The notes: a model not told the origin generated them from the sequence alone. Counted from the first letter of the stretch, positions 45,771-57,190 are shown. The stretch: 64,000 nucleotides of DNA from Aliarcobacter sp. (GCA_028681275.1 JAQUIV010000001.1:880-64879), one strand, 5' to 3'. Numbers and translations are program-made.

Positions 45771-47165
45771 TTATAATTTTTTAATCTCTTCAATCAAATC
45801 TAATGGAGTTAAAGAGTAATTATTTTTACTATAATTTTTTGAAGCTATGGCATGGGCTAAACTTGCAGTTATTGTTGCATCAAGGGATTTGTAGCCTTGA
45901 GCTAAAAGTGAGCCTATAAGACCACTTAAAACATCACCACTTCCACCTTTACTTAAAACTGAACTGCCAAAACTATTTACATACAATTTTTCATTTGAAG
46001 AGATAATTACATTTGCACCTTTTAACAATAAAACTACATTTGGATATTTTTTACAAAATTTCCCAACATATAAAAATCTATTGTTTTGTAACTCTTCTAC
46101 ACTTATGTCTGCAATGTCACAAAGCTTTAAAAGTGATACAAACTCTTTTGGATGTGGAGTTAAAACTACTTCTTGTTCTAAAACTTCACAAATTAATTTG
46201 TCATAAAACAAATCTGCATCAATTATCTTTGGAACTTTTTTGTTTAGTATTTTTCTAATCTCATTGGTTTCATATTTTCCTAAACCCATCCCAATTGCAA
46301 TTGTCGTACAATTTTCACTAATAAAATGTGTTTGCATAATATGATATGGTAAATCTAAGTTTTCATGGCAAACTACACTTACAAGTCCAGCTCCAAATCC
46401 AAAGGCAGCATTTGCGGCAATTATTCCAGCACCTTTTTTACAACCAGCAACTACATTTAAATGTCCATAAGTTCCCTTATGAGCATTTTTTTTATTTCTA
46501 ATAGGAAGTTTCATATCAGATTCATCTAACAAAAATTTATTAGAATCTATCTCATAAATTTCCCTTTGAACTCCCAAATTAGCAACTACTATTTCACCAA
46601 CATAATCTTTTGCAATATCACTAAAAAGTGAAGTTTTTAAAGCTCCCATAGTAATAGTAACATCAGCTTCAAAAGCTATGTTTTGTATTTGTCCAAGATT
46701 ATTTATTCCGCTTGGAATATCACAAGCCAGTTTAAAAGTGCTAAAAGAGTTATATGAATTTAGAGTATTTAAAAGATTTATAGATTTATCATCTAAAGGT
46801 TTATTCAAACCCGTTCCAAAGAGACAATCAACAATAATATCAGCTTCAAAAACTTCATTTACAATTTTTATATCTAAAGTTTTTGCCCTTTGAAGTTGAA
46901 GTTGTGCCATAGAAGATTTTGGAGTTGTTGAAAGATATAAATTAACATCAAATTTTGTATGTAAAAGTCGTGCGAGGGTTATTCCATCAGCGCCATTATT
47001 TCCACTTCCACATACAATTAAAATAGATTCGAAAGAAGAATATTTTTCAGATATATACAAAGCCATACTCGAAGCTGCATGTTCCATAAGTAAATCTTCA
47101 CTTAACAAAAATTTCTCATAACATCTTTTGTCTAAAGAATTAACCTCATCAAAAAGCTTTTGCAT
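45771..47165 (-). CDS. nnr: Bifunctional NAD(P)H-hydrate epimerase/dehydratase
   Basis: GSGNNGADG, TPHPKEF, KGGSGDVLSG. Confidence 0.93.
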   Translation of the reverse strand: MQKLFDEVNSLDKRCYEKFLLSEDLLMEHAASSMALYISEKYSSFESILIVCGSGNNGADGITLARLLHTKFDVNLYLSTTPKSSMAQLQLQRAKTLDIKIVNEVFEADIIVDCLFGTGLNKPLDDKSINLLNTLNSYNSFSTFKLACDIPSGINNLGQIQNIAFEADVTITMGALKTSLFSDIAKDYVGEIVVANLGVQREIYEIDSNKFLLDESDMKLPIRNKKNAHKGTYGHLNVVAGCKKGAGIIAANAAFGFGAGLVSVVCHENLDLPYHIMQTHFISENCTTIAIGMGLGKYETNEIRKILNKKVPKIIDADLFYDKLICEVLEQEVVLTPHPKEFVSLLKLCDIADISVEELQNNRFLYVGKFCKKYPNVVLLLKGANVIISSNEKLYVNSFGSSVLSKGGSGDVLSGLIGSLLAQGYKSLDATITASLAHAIASKNYSKNNYSLTPLDLIEEIKKL

Positions 47166-47177
47166 TTTATACCCTTT

Positions 47178-47525
47178 TTATTTTCTAAATTTCCAACCAT
47201 CACTTTCTAAAATAGTTTTTATTTTATCTTTTACATCACCTTGAAGTTCAAGCCACTCTTCGTTTATAGCTCCACCACAAGCTAGTTTTTTCTTTAGAAG
47301 TTTCAGAACTTCTTTTTTTTCATCAAAAGAGATATTAAATCTTCCCACATTTGTAACTGGTTTTCCATTTCTTTTTTCAAAGGTAAAAACTAGTTGATGT
47401 TGATTTTTTGGAATGATTTCAGTTGATGATTTTTTTGGATTTTTTTTATCTTCTTTTGTTGTATCAAAACTATTTCCTTCAAGTTTTGCTCCTAATCCAA
47501 AAGCTAATTTATCTGCTAAGCCCAT
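47178..47525 (-). CDS. yciH: SUI1-family translation initiation factor
   Basis: [22 protein letters not shown]. Confidence 0.9.
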   Translation of the reverse strand: MGLADKLAFGLGAKLEGNSFDTTKEDKKNPKKSSTEIIPKNQHQLVFTFEKRNGKPVTNVGRFNISFDEKKEVLKLLKKKLACGGAINEEWLELQGDVKDKIKTILESDGWKFRK

Positions 47526-48526
47526 ACTAACTCCTTGATTCTTGATTGAACATCAATATTTTCTATTGTTATAAAATCATTTTGTTTATATTGCTCAACG
47601 GCAACTCTTCCGATCATTGCCGCATTATCAGAACAATATTTTAACTCACTAAGATATAAATTTGTATTTGATTTTTTACATAACTCTTCAAGTTGCGTAC
47701 GCAAATGTATATTTGCACTTGCACCGCCAACTATTGCGAAGTTTTTTGGAACTTTTTGCTTAAAAAGTTTTTTTAGTTTTTGCATAATATGTAAAACTGC
47801 TGTTTTTTGAAAAGAGGCACAAAGGTCGTATTTATCTTGTTCACTAATTCCTAATTCACTATTTTCAAGTTTTTCTATTTGCATTCTAACAGCATTTTTA
47901 AGCCCTGAATATGAAAACTCTATTTTTGGACTCTGACTAAGAGGAACTGGTAAATCAAATCTATTCATATCACCTTTTAAAGCGTACTCTTGAACAACTG
48001 GACCACCAGGATATCCAAGTCCTAACATCTTTGAAACCTTATCAAAACTCTCTCCAAAACTGTCATCCATAGTGCTAGCAATTACTTTCATGTCATTTAA
48101 ACTATTTGCTTCAATAATTTGTGTGTGTCCACCTGAAACCAATAAAACAGTCATTGGCAAAATCTCATCTTTTTCAATAAAAAGAGAATAAATATGACCT
48201 TTTAGATGATTAACTGCAATCAATGGAAGATTTAAAGAGATTGATAAAGCTTTTGCCATTGTTACACCCTCAGTTAAAGTAACACTCAAACCTGGGGCAT
48301 TTGTAACTGCTATTGCTTTTAAAAATGGGAAATACTCTTTACACTCTTCAAGTATTTTTGGTAAGGCTTCTATATGAAGACGGGCGGCTAGTTCAGGAAC
48401 AACTCCACCGTAAATGCTATGTTGTAGTTCTTGAGATATTTTTTTGTGATAAATTAATTTGTTTGTTTCTATTTGTGTAATAGAAATTGAACTATCATCA
48501 CAAGAACTTTCGATACTTAATATCAT
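47516..48526 (-). CDS. tsaD: tRNA t6A37 threonylcarbamoyltransferase
   Basis: IESSCDD, VNHLKGH, VSGGHT, DNAAMI. Confidence 0.97.
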   Translation of the reverse strand: MILSIESSCDDSSISITQIETNKLIYHKKISQELQHSIYGGVVPELAARLHIEALPKILEECKEYFPFLKAIAVTNAPGLSVTLTEGVTMAKALSISLNLPLIAVNHLKGHIYSLFIEKDEILPMTVLLVSGGHTQIIEANSLNDMKVIASTMDDSFGESFDKVSKMLGLGYPGGPVVQEYALKGDMNRFDLPVPLSQSPKIEFSYSGLKNAVRMQIEKLENSELGISEQDKYDLCASFQKTAVLHIMQKLKKLFKQKVPKNFAIVGGASANIHLRTQLEELCKKSNTNLYLSELKYCSDNAAMIGRVAVEQYKQNDFITIENIDVQSRIKELVWA

Positions 48527-49092
48527 CCTTGTAACTCTTCATCTCTATTTATCTCGCACTCATCAACTCTTTTTATCCAATCTAATGCACAATCAAGTTT
48601 CCCAAATCCAGAAGCTGCATTTATATGTCCTGCATTTTCCATAATTTTCATACCAATATTTAGTTTTGATTGAAGTTCTATTGCTTCTTCTACACTCATA
48701 TATGGGTCATTAGTAGATGCTGCCATGATTATTTCGTTAGCTTTTAAATCTTTTGCTATTGGATAAGGGAAAAATGTTTTTGCATCTTCTAAAACTACAT
48801 TTCTAACAGGAGCAACAAGCATTAGCTTATCAAGTTTTATATCCAATTCATCACAAGTATGAAACCACAAAATATTTGCCAATGAGTGACAAACTACCAT
48901 ATTTGGTTTAAAATGTTCTAACTCTTTTTTTAAGAAATCTTTCCACTCTTGTAGGTTTGGATTTTCTCTAGAAGGAAATGCTGGAAATGAAACTATATAG
49001 TTTTCTTTTATTAAATCACTTGCTAATTGAGCTTGCCAGTGAGGAAAATCACTTCCACCTAAACCATGAAGTATTAAAACCCTTTTATTCAA
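48523..49092 (-). CDS. RBBP9/YdeN alpha/beta hydrolase
   Basis: LHGLGGS..HWQ, HSLA, NDPY, AGHIN. Confidence 0.9.
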   Translation of the reverse strand: MNKRVLILHGLGGSDFPHWQAQLASDLIKENYIVSFPAFPSRENPNLQEWKDFLKKELEHFKPNMVVCHSLANILWFHTCDELDIKLDKLMLVAPVRNVVLEDAKTFFPYPIAKDLKANEIIMAASTNDPYMSVEEAIELQSKLNIGMKIMENAGHINAASGFGKLDCALDWIKRVDECEINRDEELQG

Positions 49093-49104
49093 TCTTTAAT
49101 CCTT

Positions 49105-49530
49105 TTAATAATTTCTCACACATCTTACATATTTTTTTGTTTTTCTATTGTCATAATATGGTGTCCCACTTACAAAATGCATATAATCCGCATTATACCA
49201 AAGTGTTCTCCAATGAGCAGTTGAAGCCCAATATCCATCTGGAACATTATATTTAAATGCAGGATTTACATTTGTTTTTATATTTTTTTTGTATACAATA
49301 GTTTCTAATTCATCAATATGAGCTAATCTCCAGTCTGAAAAACCAAGAAAATTAAGCTCTTCACAATACTTTTTAGCTTCATCGTGATTCATCAAATTTT
49401 TTATAACTGATATATCATCAATCCACATTAATTTAGACTCATCGTCTAAAACTATTTCTTTAGAATCATTTCTATTCATTTTTGCATCAAGTAATGATAA
49501 AAAAACTACTAATAACAACAGATATTTCAT
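49105..49530 (-). CDS. DUF1566 (Lcl) domain secreted protein
   Basis: LMW, YCEEL..GFSDWRL, YWAST, VRCVR. Confidence 0.85.
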   Translation of the reverse strand: MKYLLLLVVFLSLLDAKMNRNDSKEIVLDDESKLMWIDDISVIKNLMNHDEAKKYCEELNFLGFSDWRLAHIDELETIVYKKNIKTNVNPAFKYNVPDGYWASTAHWRTLWYNADYMHFVSGTPYYDNRKTKKYVRCVRNY

Positions 49531-49533
49531 TAG

Positions 49534-49815
49534 TTATCCTTTAATATTGGATACTTCAAACTTTCCTCTTTTGAGTGCTGATTCTACATTATCATCAAGC
49601 AACTCAATATTTATTTTATAGTCAGTTTTATAAACTAAACCAACTAATTCTTTGTGAGAAGTTTTTTCTTTCTCTATTGTACTATGTTTTTTCCATTCAT
49701 CAAATTTTTCTTCATACAATTTTGTTATATCTTTTTCAAAATTATTTCTTGAATAAATTAAATATACAACCATGATTAAAAGTATTCCAAAAGGTATTAA
49801 TAAATCAAGCCCCAC
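49534..49815 (-). CDS. Small membrane-anchored hypothetical protein
   Basis: N-terminal TM; operon with dxr. Confidence 0.75.
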   Translation of the reverse strand: MGLDLLIPFGILLIMVVYLIYSRNNFEKDITKLYEEKFDEWKKHSTIEKEKTSHKELVGLVYKTDYKINIELLDDNVESALKRGKFEVSNIKG

Positions 49816-50872
49816 AATAGTTTCTCACTTCTTTATCTATTTCAAATATCTCTTCGATTGAAGTTGGTTTTACATTATTAAATTTATTTATTGCATTTAA
49901 TGTAATTTTTGAAATATCTAAAAATCCTATTTGTGAATTTAAAAATTTTGAAACAGCAACTTCATTTGCAGCATTTAAAACTACACCTAAATCAAGATTA
50001 TTTAGTATCTCATCTTTTATTTCCCAAATTGGATATCTTGAAGTCTCTATTTTTCTAAATTCCAAATTTGCAACTTCTACTAAATCAACTGGTTTTAAAA
50101 TCTGCTCATCACAAGAACCTAAAATTGCATAAGCAATCGGAAGTTGCATAGAAGCATTTGCAATATGAGCAGTTGTACTTCCATCAGCAAAATTTATAAA
50201 TGCGTGAATTAAAGATTTTGTTTCAATAATTGCATCTAGTTTTCTAATATCAAAAAGCCAAGCAGCTTCCATTAGTTCAAACATTTTATTTGTCATAGTT
50301 GCACTATCAATTGTGATTTTGTTTCCCATAGACCAATTTGGATGCGCTAATGCCTCTTTTATAGAGACATTTTGAAATTTATCAAGGGGATAATCCCTAA
50401 AAGAACCACCACTTGCAGTTACCATCATAGAATCAATTTTTTTATTTTGAAGTAAATACCAAAGTCCAAAATGTTCACTATCGATTGGTTTTAATTTTGT
50501 TTGGTCTATAAATTTTCCAGCAACAACAAGAGATTCTTTATTTGCTAAAGCAATTTTTTTACCACACTCTATTGCTTTTAGAGTTGGTTTTAAACCTAAA
50601 AAACCTACCAGTGCATTTACAACAGTTGATGTTTCACTCTCTTGTATAGCTTGTAAAATAGAGTCTTCTCCAAAAGAGACATTGTTATGATTGACTTTTG
50701 AAATATCTTCAGCTCTATCTATAACAACTTTTTTTGGTTTAAACTCTTGAATTTGTTGATTTAATAGCTCGATATTTCTTCCAGCTACTAAAACCTCAAC
50801 ATTTAAATTAAATTTTCGTGCAATATTTAAAGTATTTACACCAATAGAACCTGTACTTCCAAGAAGTATCAA
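49805..50872 (-). CDS. dxr: 1-deoxy-D-xylulose-5-phosphate reductoisomerase
   Basis: LGSTGSIG, LANKESLV, PIDSEH, HPNWSMG. Confidence 0.97.
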   Translation of the reverse strand: MILLGSTGSIGVNTLNIARKFNLNVEVLVAGRNIELLNQQIQEFKPKKVVIDRAEDISKVNHNNVSFGEDSILQAIQESETSTVVNALVGFLGLKPTLKAIECGKKIALANKESLVVAGKFIDQTKLKPIDSEHFGLWYLLQNKKIDSMMVTASGGSFRDYPLDKFQNVSIKEALAHPNWSMGNKITIDSATMTNKMFELMEAAWLFDIRKLDAIIETKSLIHAFINFADGSTTAHIANASMQLPIAYAILGSCDEQILKPVDLVEVANLEFRKIETSRYPIWEIKDEILNNLDLGVVLNAANEVAVSKFLNSQIGFLDISKITLNAINKFNNVKPTSIEEIFEIDKEVRNYCGA

Positions 50873-51627
50873 ATCACTACCCTTAATAATACTAACATTA
50901 CGATTGCACCAAATAAATAACCATCTGTTCTATCTAAAACTCCACCATGTCCTGGAAGAATTGTTCCACTATCTTTAACTCCAGCTTCTCTTTTTAGGTA
51001 ACTTTCAAATAAGTCTCCAAAAATTGAAGTTATTGATACTATTGCTGAAATAATTAACGCATTTACAAAACTAATCCCATTTGTTGAGAAAAGTGTTCCT
51101 AAAATAACTGCAAAAACTACTCCTCCAATAACACCTTCAATTGTTTTATTTGGACTTGTTTCACAGAATTTTGTTTTTCCAACACTTTTACCTACAAAAT
51201 AAGCTCCAATATCTGTACTTGCAACAATTACTAATAACCATAAAAGAGTCATTGTTCCATATTCGCTATATAAAGCTAAAAGGAATAAAAACGATGCAGT
51301 TGGATATAACAGAGGTAAAAACATATGAACATTTAATGTTTTTTTATACGCTAATTGAGATGCATAAGCAATAGCTACAATAAAAACTAAATCTTCTGGT
51401 TTTGGATAAAAATATGCCGCAATCCACAATAGCGATGTATAAACATAAATACTATCACTTTTTAGACTGTAAAGTTTTTTTGATTCTGAAATTGAAATTA
51501 ATAACATAATTCCAAAAACTAACCAAAATATAAAATATGAATCGATATAACCTATTGCTAGCATTGATACAAATAATACAATACCTGTTTTTATACGAGT
51601 TGAACTCTCATTTATTATGTTTAACAT
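50869..51627 (-). CDS. cdsA: Phosphatidate cytidylyltransferase
   Basis: SPNKTIEG, KDSGTILPGHGGVLDRTD. Confidence 0.96.
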   Translation of the reverse strand: MLNIINESSTRIKTGIVLFVSMLAIGYIDSYFIFWLVFGIMLLISISESKKLYSLKSDSIYVYTSLLWIAAYFYPKPEDLVFIVAIAYASQLAYKKTLNVHMFLPLLYPTASFLFLLALYSEYGTMTLLWLLVIVASTDIGAYFVGKSVGKTKFCETSPNKTIEGVIGGVVFAVILGTLFSTNGISFVNALIISAIVSITSIFGDLFESYLKREAGVKDSGTILPGHGGVLDRTDGYLFGAIVMLVLLRVVI

Positions 51628-51777
51628 TTCATTGAACCTTAAATTTAAAAGTTTGAGATTATACTAAATTTTGGCTTGTTATTTGTAAAGATTGAAATAT
51701 GATAGAGTGTTTAATTAATATTTGTTTATTTTATCTACAAAAGCTAAACTCAAATAATGAATTTAGCTTTTTAATTA

Positions 51778-52329
51778 TTATTTATTTAGAAGTGACGAAA
51801 AATCTTTATGATTAATAACATCTCCAATTAATTGCTTTATTGTTGGACTAAATGATGTTCCCATATTATTACAAGCAGTTGTTGCTAAATAAGAAGACGG
51901 ATAATCTCTTTTTGTATTTACTGTTATTGATTTTCCATTTGATGATGTTATTGTTACATTTATTTCCCAATACGCATTTCCAAACATTGTACTTCCATAG
52001 ATTTTATTTAAATTTCCACTTATTTTTAAATCTGAGTTTTTATCATAAGATCCAGCCATTTTTAACTCTGAAATTAGAGCATCTTTTATATACTCTTCAA
52101 AAGATTCACCCTTTGGAGTAGATACAGTTTCTGCTAATCTACACATAATACTACTTTCAGCTGGTGTTGTTGCAGTAAAAGTTGAAACATCTAATTTTAA
52201 CTCTTTATAATCTCTTAAAGTTTGTACATTATCAGCAGACACATTGTATTCTGAAGTTTTTATACCGCACCCTGTAAATAATACTGCCGCACCAATAATT
52301 GAACCTGCCATTAAAATTTTTTTCATCAT
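51778..52329 (-). CDS. Lipoprotein of unknown function
   Basis: Lipobox FTGC. Confidence 0.8.
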   Translation of the reverse strand: MMKKILMAGSIIGAAVLFTGCGIKTSEYNVSADNVQTLRDYKELKLDVSTFTATTPAESSIMCRLAETVSTPKGESFEEYIKDALISELKMAGSYDKNSDLKISGNLNKIYGSTMFGNAYWEINVTITSSNGKSITVNTKRDYPSSYLATTACNNMGTSFSPTIKQLIGDVINHKDFSSLLNK

Positions 52330-52441
52330 TTTATACCTTTAGTTTTAATATAAATAAAATTATACTAGAGGGAATGACTCAATTTTGACTCACTCCTAAT
52401 ATTTATAATAATTTATATATTTTCAACTAAATTTAGCAAAA

Positions 52442-53182
52442 CTATAATAACCCTGAAAGAGATTTTGCAATACCCCTTGAAAGTTCTGTTTTTGCTTCTT
52501 CAAATTGTAAATTTACTTGATTTGCTGTACTTATAACTCTTGTTCTGTAAATTTTCCATTGAACATCTTTTGTATTTACATTTTGGCTAACTGTTGATGA
52601 TGTTCCTTGGTCTGAATAATTTTCTTCAGATTGAACAATTTTTTCATTAATTGCTGGTCTTTGTCTAATCTCAACATCTGTAATCATCGAATAATAAATA
52701 TCTTTTACCACCGTATCAGCAAGAAGTCCAGCAACTGCACCAATAGCTGCACCAACACCTACATTATTCCCTGACCCACCAGTTGCTGCTGAAATTCCAG
52801 CACCCAATAATCCACCACCAAATCCACTTTTTAATGCACTATCTGAATCAGTAGCATCTGTTTTTCCCACTTGTAAAACATTTGCTTGAATCATAAAATA
52901 TGCTTCATCTGGATCTGATACAACTTTAAATCCTTTTGACTCAAATGCTCTTTTGATTTGGTCTTCGATTTCAATATCTTTATCAGTTGTATTTCTTACT
53001 TTTACATAAACTATCTGTTTTTGAGGAGAAACTGGTTCTAAGAAAATTGAATCACTCATTTTAGTCTGAACTACTAATTCTCTTTTTTCAATTGCAGTTG
53101 CTGCTGCACCACAACCTGAAATAAATAAGCCTATGAATAAAGCACTAAAAACTAATAAACCTAATTTAAAAATATTTTTCAA
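52442..53182 (-). CDS. traT: TraT-family complement-resistance lipoprotein
   Basis: ISGC lipobox, QTKMSDSIFLEP, IQANVL, YSMITDVEI, STANQVNL. Confidence 0.88.
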   Translation of the reverse strand: MKNIFKLGLLVFSALFIGLFISGCGAAATAIEKRELVVQTKMSDSIFLEPVSPQKQIVYVKVRNTTDKDIEIEDQIKRAFESKGFKVVSDPDEAYFMIQANVLQVGKTDATDSDSALKSGFGGGLLGAGISAATGGSGNNVGVGAAIGAVAGLLADTVVKDIYYSMITDVEIRQRPAINEKIVQSEENYSDQGTSSTVSQNVNTKDVQWKIYRTRVISTANQVNLQFEEAKTELSRGIAKSLSGLL

Positions 53183-53249
53183 TTTTTTTCCTTAAAATAA
53201 TTTTCCATATTCTACAAAATTAATCATTTAAAATTGTGTAATTTTAAAT

Positions 53250-54578
53250 TCATATTTTAACTACCGTTGTTGTATATGGATTATATAACACATTTGCGCC
53301 AGATTGAATTTTCACATTTCTTCTTTGTGTAAAATCAACTTCATAAGTTCCACTAAAATCAACCGAAAATTTCGCACATAAAACTGCTGCTTGATTTATA
53401 ACACTATCTGGAATAATTTTTTTACTGTTTTGAACAATAACATGACAAGATGGTCTATCTTTTAGATGAAACCAAAAATCACTTGCTTTTGAATTTTCTA
53501 ACAAATAGATATTTTCTCTCTCACTCGTTCCTAACATAATTTTATAACCCTCAAAATAAAAACTCTCATAAGTTTGAGCTTTTTTAGTTTTTATCTGATT
53601 TCTCTCTTTTTTGGGAGATAAAAATTCACACTCTTCTATACTATTTGCATTATTTATATTATTCATAAGCCTTAATAAAAACTCTAATTTTTCATCTAAA
53701 TTATCTTTTTCTAAAGAGATATTTGAAGCTTTTTGTTTTGCTCTTTTTGCTTTTTTAAATAAATCATTTGAATATTTTGAAGCGCTCGGCTTTTCTTCCA
53801 AATCAATATTTACTTCAACTCCCTCATAATTATAAACTTTTAGAGTTTTTTGATATGGTTTAATATTATGCAGATTTGACAAAATCAAATTTGCTTTTTC
53901 ATAAAGAGTATTTGATTCAAGCTCAAGTTCCTCTTTTTTAGGTAAAGACTCAATAGTTTTTTTTAATTTTTTTGCTTTTTTATCTATTTGAGAGATTTTT
54001 TGTTTTTTTACATTTTCTAAATTTTGTTTCTCTTTTTCTTCGTAAATCTCATATAAATACTCTTCAATATTTGGAACTTCATCAATTTTTGGAATAAATG
54101 TTTGTTTTGGAATCTCATCTAATTTTATTCCAACCTTTACAACTCTACTTGAAGAAAATTCATCAATATGTCGTAAAGCTTCCAAAATTATTCGATTTTC
54201 ATCCAAAATTATTATATTTGTATGTTTTCCTGTAAATTCCAATTGTAAAATAGTTGTTAGTTTTTTATATGAAGATGAAGAATTAACTCTTATATTTATA
54301 ATCTTATCTTCATTATATAATTCAACACTCTCTACTTTAGAGTTATTAAATCTCTTTTGTAAAACCACATCAAAGGGAGCATTAAAATCTTTTTTTGAAG
54401 TCAAAATCTTTTTAGATTTAAAGATTGTACTGTTTCCTTTAGAAATATCAATATAAACTATATTTCTATTATTAAATTCAATTATAATAGTATTATTATC
54501 AATTCTCTTAATAAACTTGATATTATGGGCATTTACAGATAAATATTCAACTATTTGTTTTAATAAAAAGTGCTTCAT
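53250..54578 (-). CDS. NFACT/RqcH (fibronectin-binding A-like) protein
   Basis: LEFTGKHTNIIILD, DFWFHLKDRPSCHVI. Confidence 0.9.
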   Translation of the reverse strand: MKHFLLKQIVEYLSVNAHNIKFIKRIDNNTIIIEFNNRNIVYIDISKGNSTIFKSKKILTSKKDFNAPFDVVLQKRFNNSKVESVELYNEDKIINIRVNSSSSYKKLTTILQLEFTGKHTNIIILDENRIILEALRHIDEFSSSRVVKVGIKLDEIPKQTFIPKIDEVPNIEEYLYEIYEEKEKQNLENVKKQKISQIDKKAKKLKKTIESLPKKEELELESNTLYEKANLILSNLHNIKPYQKTLKVYNYEGVEVNIDLEEKPSASKYSNDLFKKAKRAKQKASNISLEKDNLDEKLEFLLRLMNNINNANSIEECEFLSPKKERNQIKTKKAQTYESFYFEGYKIMLGTSERENIYLLENSKASDFWFHLKDRPSCHVIVQNSKKIIPDSVINQAAVLCAKFSVDFSGTYEVDFTQRRNVKIQSGANVLYNPYTTTVVKI

Positions 54579-54665
54579 GATTGTTCGCTTTATTGTGATA
54601 TTTTTGTAAGAGTTTTTTTATATACATTAGATATAATAGTACAAATTTTCTATTAGGAGTATAAC

Positions 54666-54986
54666 ATGAAATTATTAAAAGTTATCATGGCAGGTTCATT
54701 AGTATTAGGTGTTGCATCTACTTCATTATCAGCTGATGCAGTAAAAGGTCAAAAATTATTTAGTAAATTACTAAAAGGTCCTTGTGACATGACAGGTGCG
54801 AAATTTGCAGCTAAACATACACAAGAAGAGTGGAGAGAAATAAAATCATCTGGTAAATTTGAAGCTGAAGTTATTAAAATTTGTCCAAATGTAAAAGCTG
54901 GTGAATTAAGTGAATCAGTTCAAGAACATATCATAGATTTCTCAATTGAATTTGCAAATGATTCAGGAAATGTTCCTTCTTGCTAA
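54666..54986 (+). CDS. Small periplasmic cytochrome-c-like protein without CxxCH
   Basis: Signal peptide, ADAVKGQKLF, HTQEEW, DSGNVPSC. Confidence 0.75.
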   Translation: MKLLKVIMAGSLVLGVASTSLSADAVKGQKLFSKLLKGPCDMTGAKFAAKHTQEEWREIKSSGKFEAEVIKICPNVKAGELSESVQEHIIDFSIEFANDSGNVPSC

Positions 54987-55038
54987 TATAAATTTAATTT
55001 ATAAAAATAAATCTAAATAAATTGTAAAAAGGGAAAAT

Positions 55039-56643
55039 ATGAAAAAAGGTCTAATTGCACTTTCTTGTGTTGCAGCATTTGCCACAACATCATTTTCAAA
55101 TGATGCCAACACAGAAATGTATAAACAAATTCAAGCTCTAAAAGCTCAAATTGAAGCTTTAGAAAAAAAAGTAGCCGCTCAAGAAGCTGCTCAAACACAA
55201 AAAGTTGAGCAACCGACAGTTAAAGTTGTAGATGAAAAAAGAATAGAAAATATCGAAAAAAAACTTGATACTGTTTCAAAAACTGCAACTGCTGCAAAAA
55301 TCCAGAGTGGAAATGATAATCTAAAATGGGATGTTGATTTTAGAACTCAAGTTGATAATATTCAATATAAACTTGCTGATGGAACAAAAGCAAAAAACAA
55401 TGCTTTATTAACAAACAGATTATGGTTAGGTGCTGGATATAAAGCTGATGATAATTCATCATTTCATGGGAAACTATCTTACAATAAAGCATTTGGAGAT
55501 ACAGCTAATCACTCTCAATCAAATACAAATCCAGGATATGCAGACTTTGACTGGGTTACAAATGAAAATGCAACAGATAATACTTTAAAAGTAAAAGAAG
55601 CTTATTGGCTTTATACTCAAGAAAAATTATTTGGTTCAAATATTCCTTGGGCAGCATCGGTTGGAAGACGACCTTCAACAGATGGATTACCTATAAATAT
55701 TAGAAATGACCAAAAAGAAAACTCTCCACTTTCACATGTTGTTGATGTTGAGTTTGATGGTTTTTCTATTAAACTTGATACAGAAGAATTAACAGGACTT
55801 CAAGGTTCTTGGTTTAAAATCTGTGGAGGAAGAGGTTTAACAAATGCAACTCCTAGATTTGATATGTTTAGTCCTGCTTATTCAAGAGATGATGAAAAAA
55901 ATGTTGATGTTGATATGTTAGGATTTATTGCTGTTCCTTATGATAACGGGCAATATTCTGTTCATATGAATTATGCTAAAGCTTGGAATTTGATTGGATT
56001 TGATCAAAGTTCTTTAAATACATTTAATGGTGCATATGCAGCCTATAATCCATTATATGGAGGAACACCTAATGCAACCACTGCTTATAATTTACAAATG
56101 GCTACACCTGCATTTAAAGATGTTGGTGACATAGAATTTGCAACTATTTTATTTAAAACTGAAGGAATTGGAAATGGTATTTCTGATTATTTAGATAATA
56201 GTGTTGCTTTTGCTTCATTTGCAGCAAGTAAAACAAATCCAAATGAAAAAGGTATGTTAGGTTCACTTGAGTCTGAAACTGGAACTTCTGTTTGGTTAGG
56301 AGTAAATGCTCCTTGTCCTATTTTACCAGATAGTGCAAAAATCGGATTTGAGTGGAATAAAGGTAGTAAATACTGGAGATCTATGACTTATGGTGAAGAT
56401 ACTTACGCTGGAAGTAAAATAGCTACTCGTGGTCAAGCATGGGAAGTTTATAGAACTCAAAAATTAACTAATGCATTAAGTTTTGGGCTTAGTTATGTGT
56501 TAATGCAATATGACTATACAGGTTCAAACTCTTTCTTTGGATATGATGGAACACCACATGAAATTGGAGGGGCACAAGCAAATGGTATGAATGCTGTTGA
56601 ATCTGCTCAAGATGTTAGAGCTTATATGAGATATAAATTCTAA
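55039..56643 (+). CDS. DUF3373-like outer-membrane beta-barrel protein
   Basis: Signal peptide, coiled coil, GRRPSTDG, C-terminal YMRYKF. Confidence 0.8.
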   Translation: MKKGLIALSCVAAFATTSFSNDANTEMYKQIQALKAQIEALEKKVAAQEAAQTQKVEQPTVKVVDEKRIENIEKKLDTVSKTATAAKIQSGNDNLKWDVDFRTQVDNIQYKLADGTKAKNNALLTNRLWLGAGYKADDNSSFHGKLSYNKAFGDTANHSQSNTNPGYADFDWVTNENATDNTLKVKEAYWLYTQEKLFGSNIPWAASVGRRPSTDGLPINIRNDQKENSPLSHVVDVEFDGFSIKLDTEELTGLQGSWFKICGGRGLTNATPRFDMFSPAYSRDDEKNVDVDMLGFIAVPYDNGQYSVHMNYAKAWNLIGFDQSSLNTFNGAYAAYNPLYGGTPNATTAYNLQMATPAFKDVGDIEFATILFKTEGIGNGISDYLDNSVAFASFAASKTNPNEKGMLGSLESETGTSVWLGVNAPCPILPDSAKIGFEWNKGSKYWRSMTYGEDTYAGSKIATRGQAWEVYRTQKLTNALSFGLSYVLMQYDYTGSNSFFGYDGTPHEIGGAQANGMNAVESAQDVRAYMRYKF

Positions 56644-56674
56644 TATAAAAATAAAAGAGCTTTAAGCTCTTTTA

Positions 56675-57190
56675 TTATCTAAAGTCATATTTATCAAATT
56701 TATAAATTACTTTTTCAGCTAACTCAATCATTTTTATATTTAATAATTTAAAATCTTTATCTTTTATCTCTACTAAAAATTTATCATAAACATTTGCATA
56801 AGGATAAAGAATAAAATAAATATACTCTTTTGATTTTGACTCTTTATTTAGCTCTTTAAACCATAAAGCAAGAAGCGAGAAATAAAGCATTGAGGGATTA
56901 AACTCTTCATTTTGTTTTAGATTTTTTGATATTTCATTGTTTATAAAATTATATCCATCTAAAATTGCTTTGATTCTATAATGTTTTCTATTTTCTAAAT
57001 AGTAATTTTGAGGAAAAGTTATATTTGAAATTTGTTTTAACATATCATTTCCTATGTTATTAAATTTCTCAATAACATCTTTATCTGATACATACTTCTC
57101 TATATCGCCTTTGTCTTTATACGATAGAATCAAGTCTTTACAAAATAACAATAAGCTTTCTGTTTTTATTTTTGATAAGTTTAAAATCAT
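56675..57190 (-). CDS. Hypothetical protein
   Basis: 171-aa ORF, convergent hairpin at 56653-56674. Confidence 0.75.
   Translation of the reverse strand: MILNLSKIKTESLLLFCKDLILSYKDKGDIEKYVSDKDVIEKFNNIGNDMLKQISNITFPQNYYLENRKHYRIKAILDGYNFINNEISKNLKQNEEFNPSMLYFSLLALWFKELNKESKSKEYIYFILYPYANVYDKFLVEIKDKDFKLLNIKMIELAEKVIYKFDKYDFR

Noticed and set aside
56675-57190. Possible homology between this host ORF and phage ORF 6705-7172
   Set aside because: Resemblance limited to composition and a few residues; not supportable by eye.
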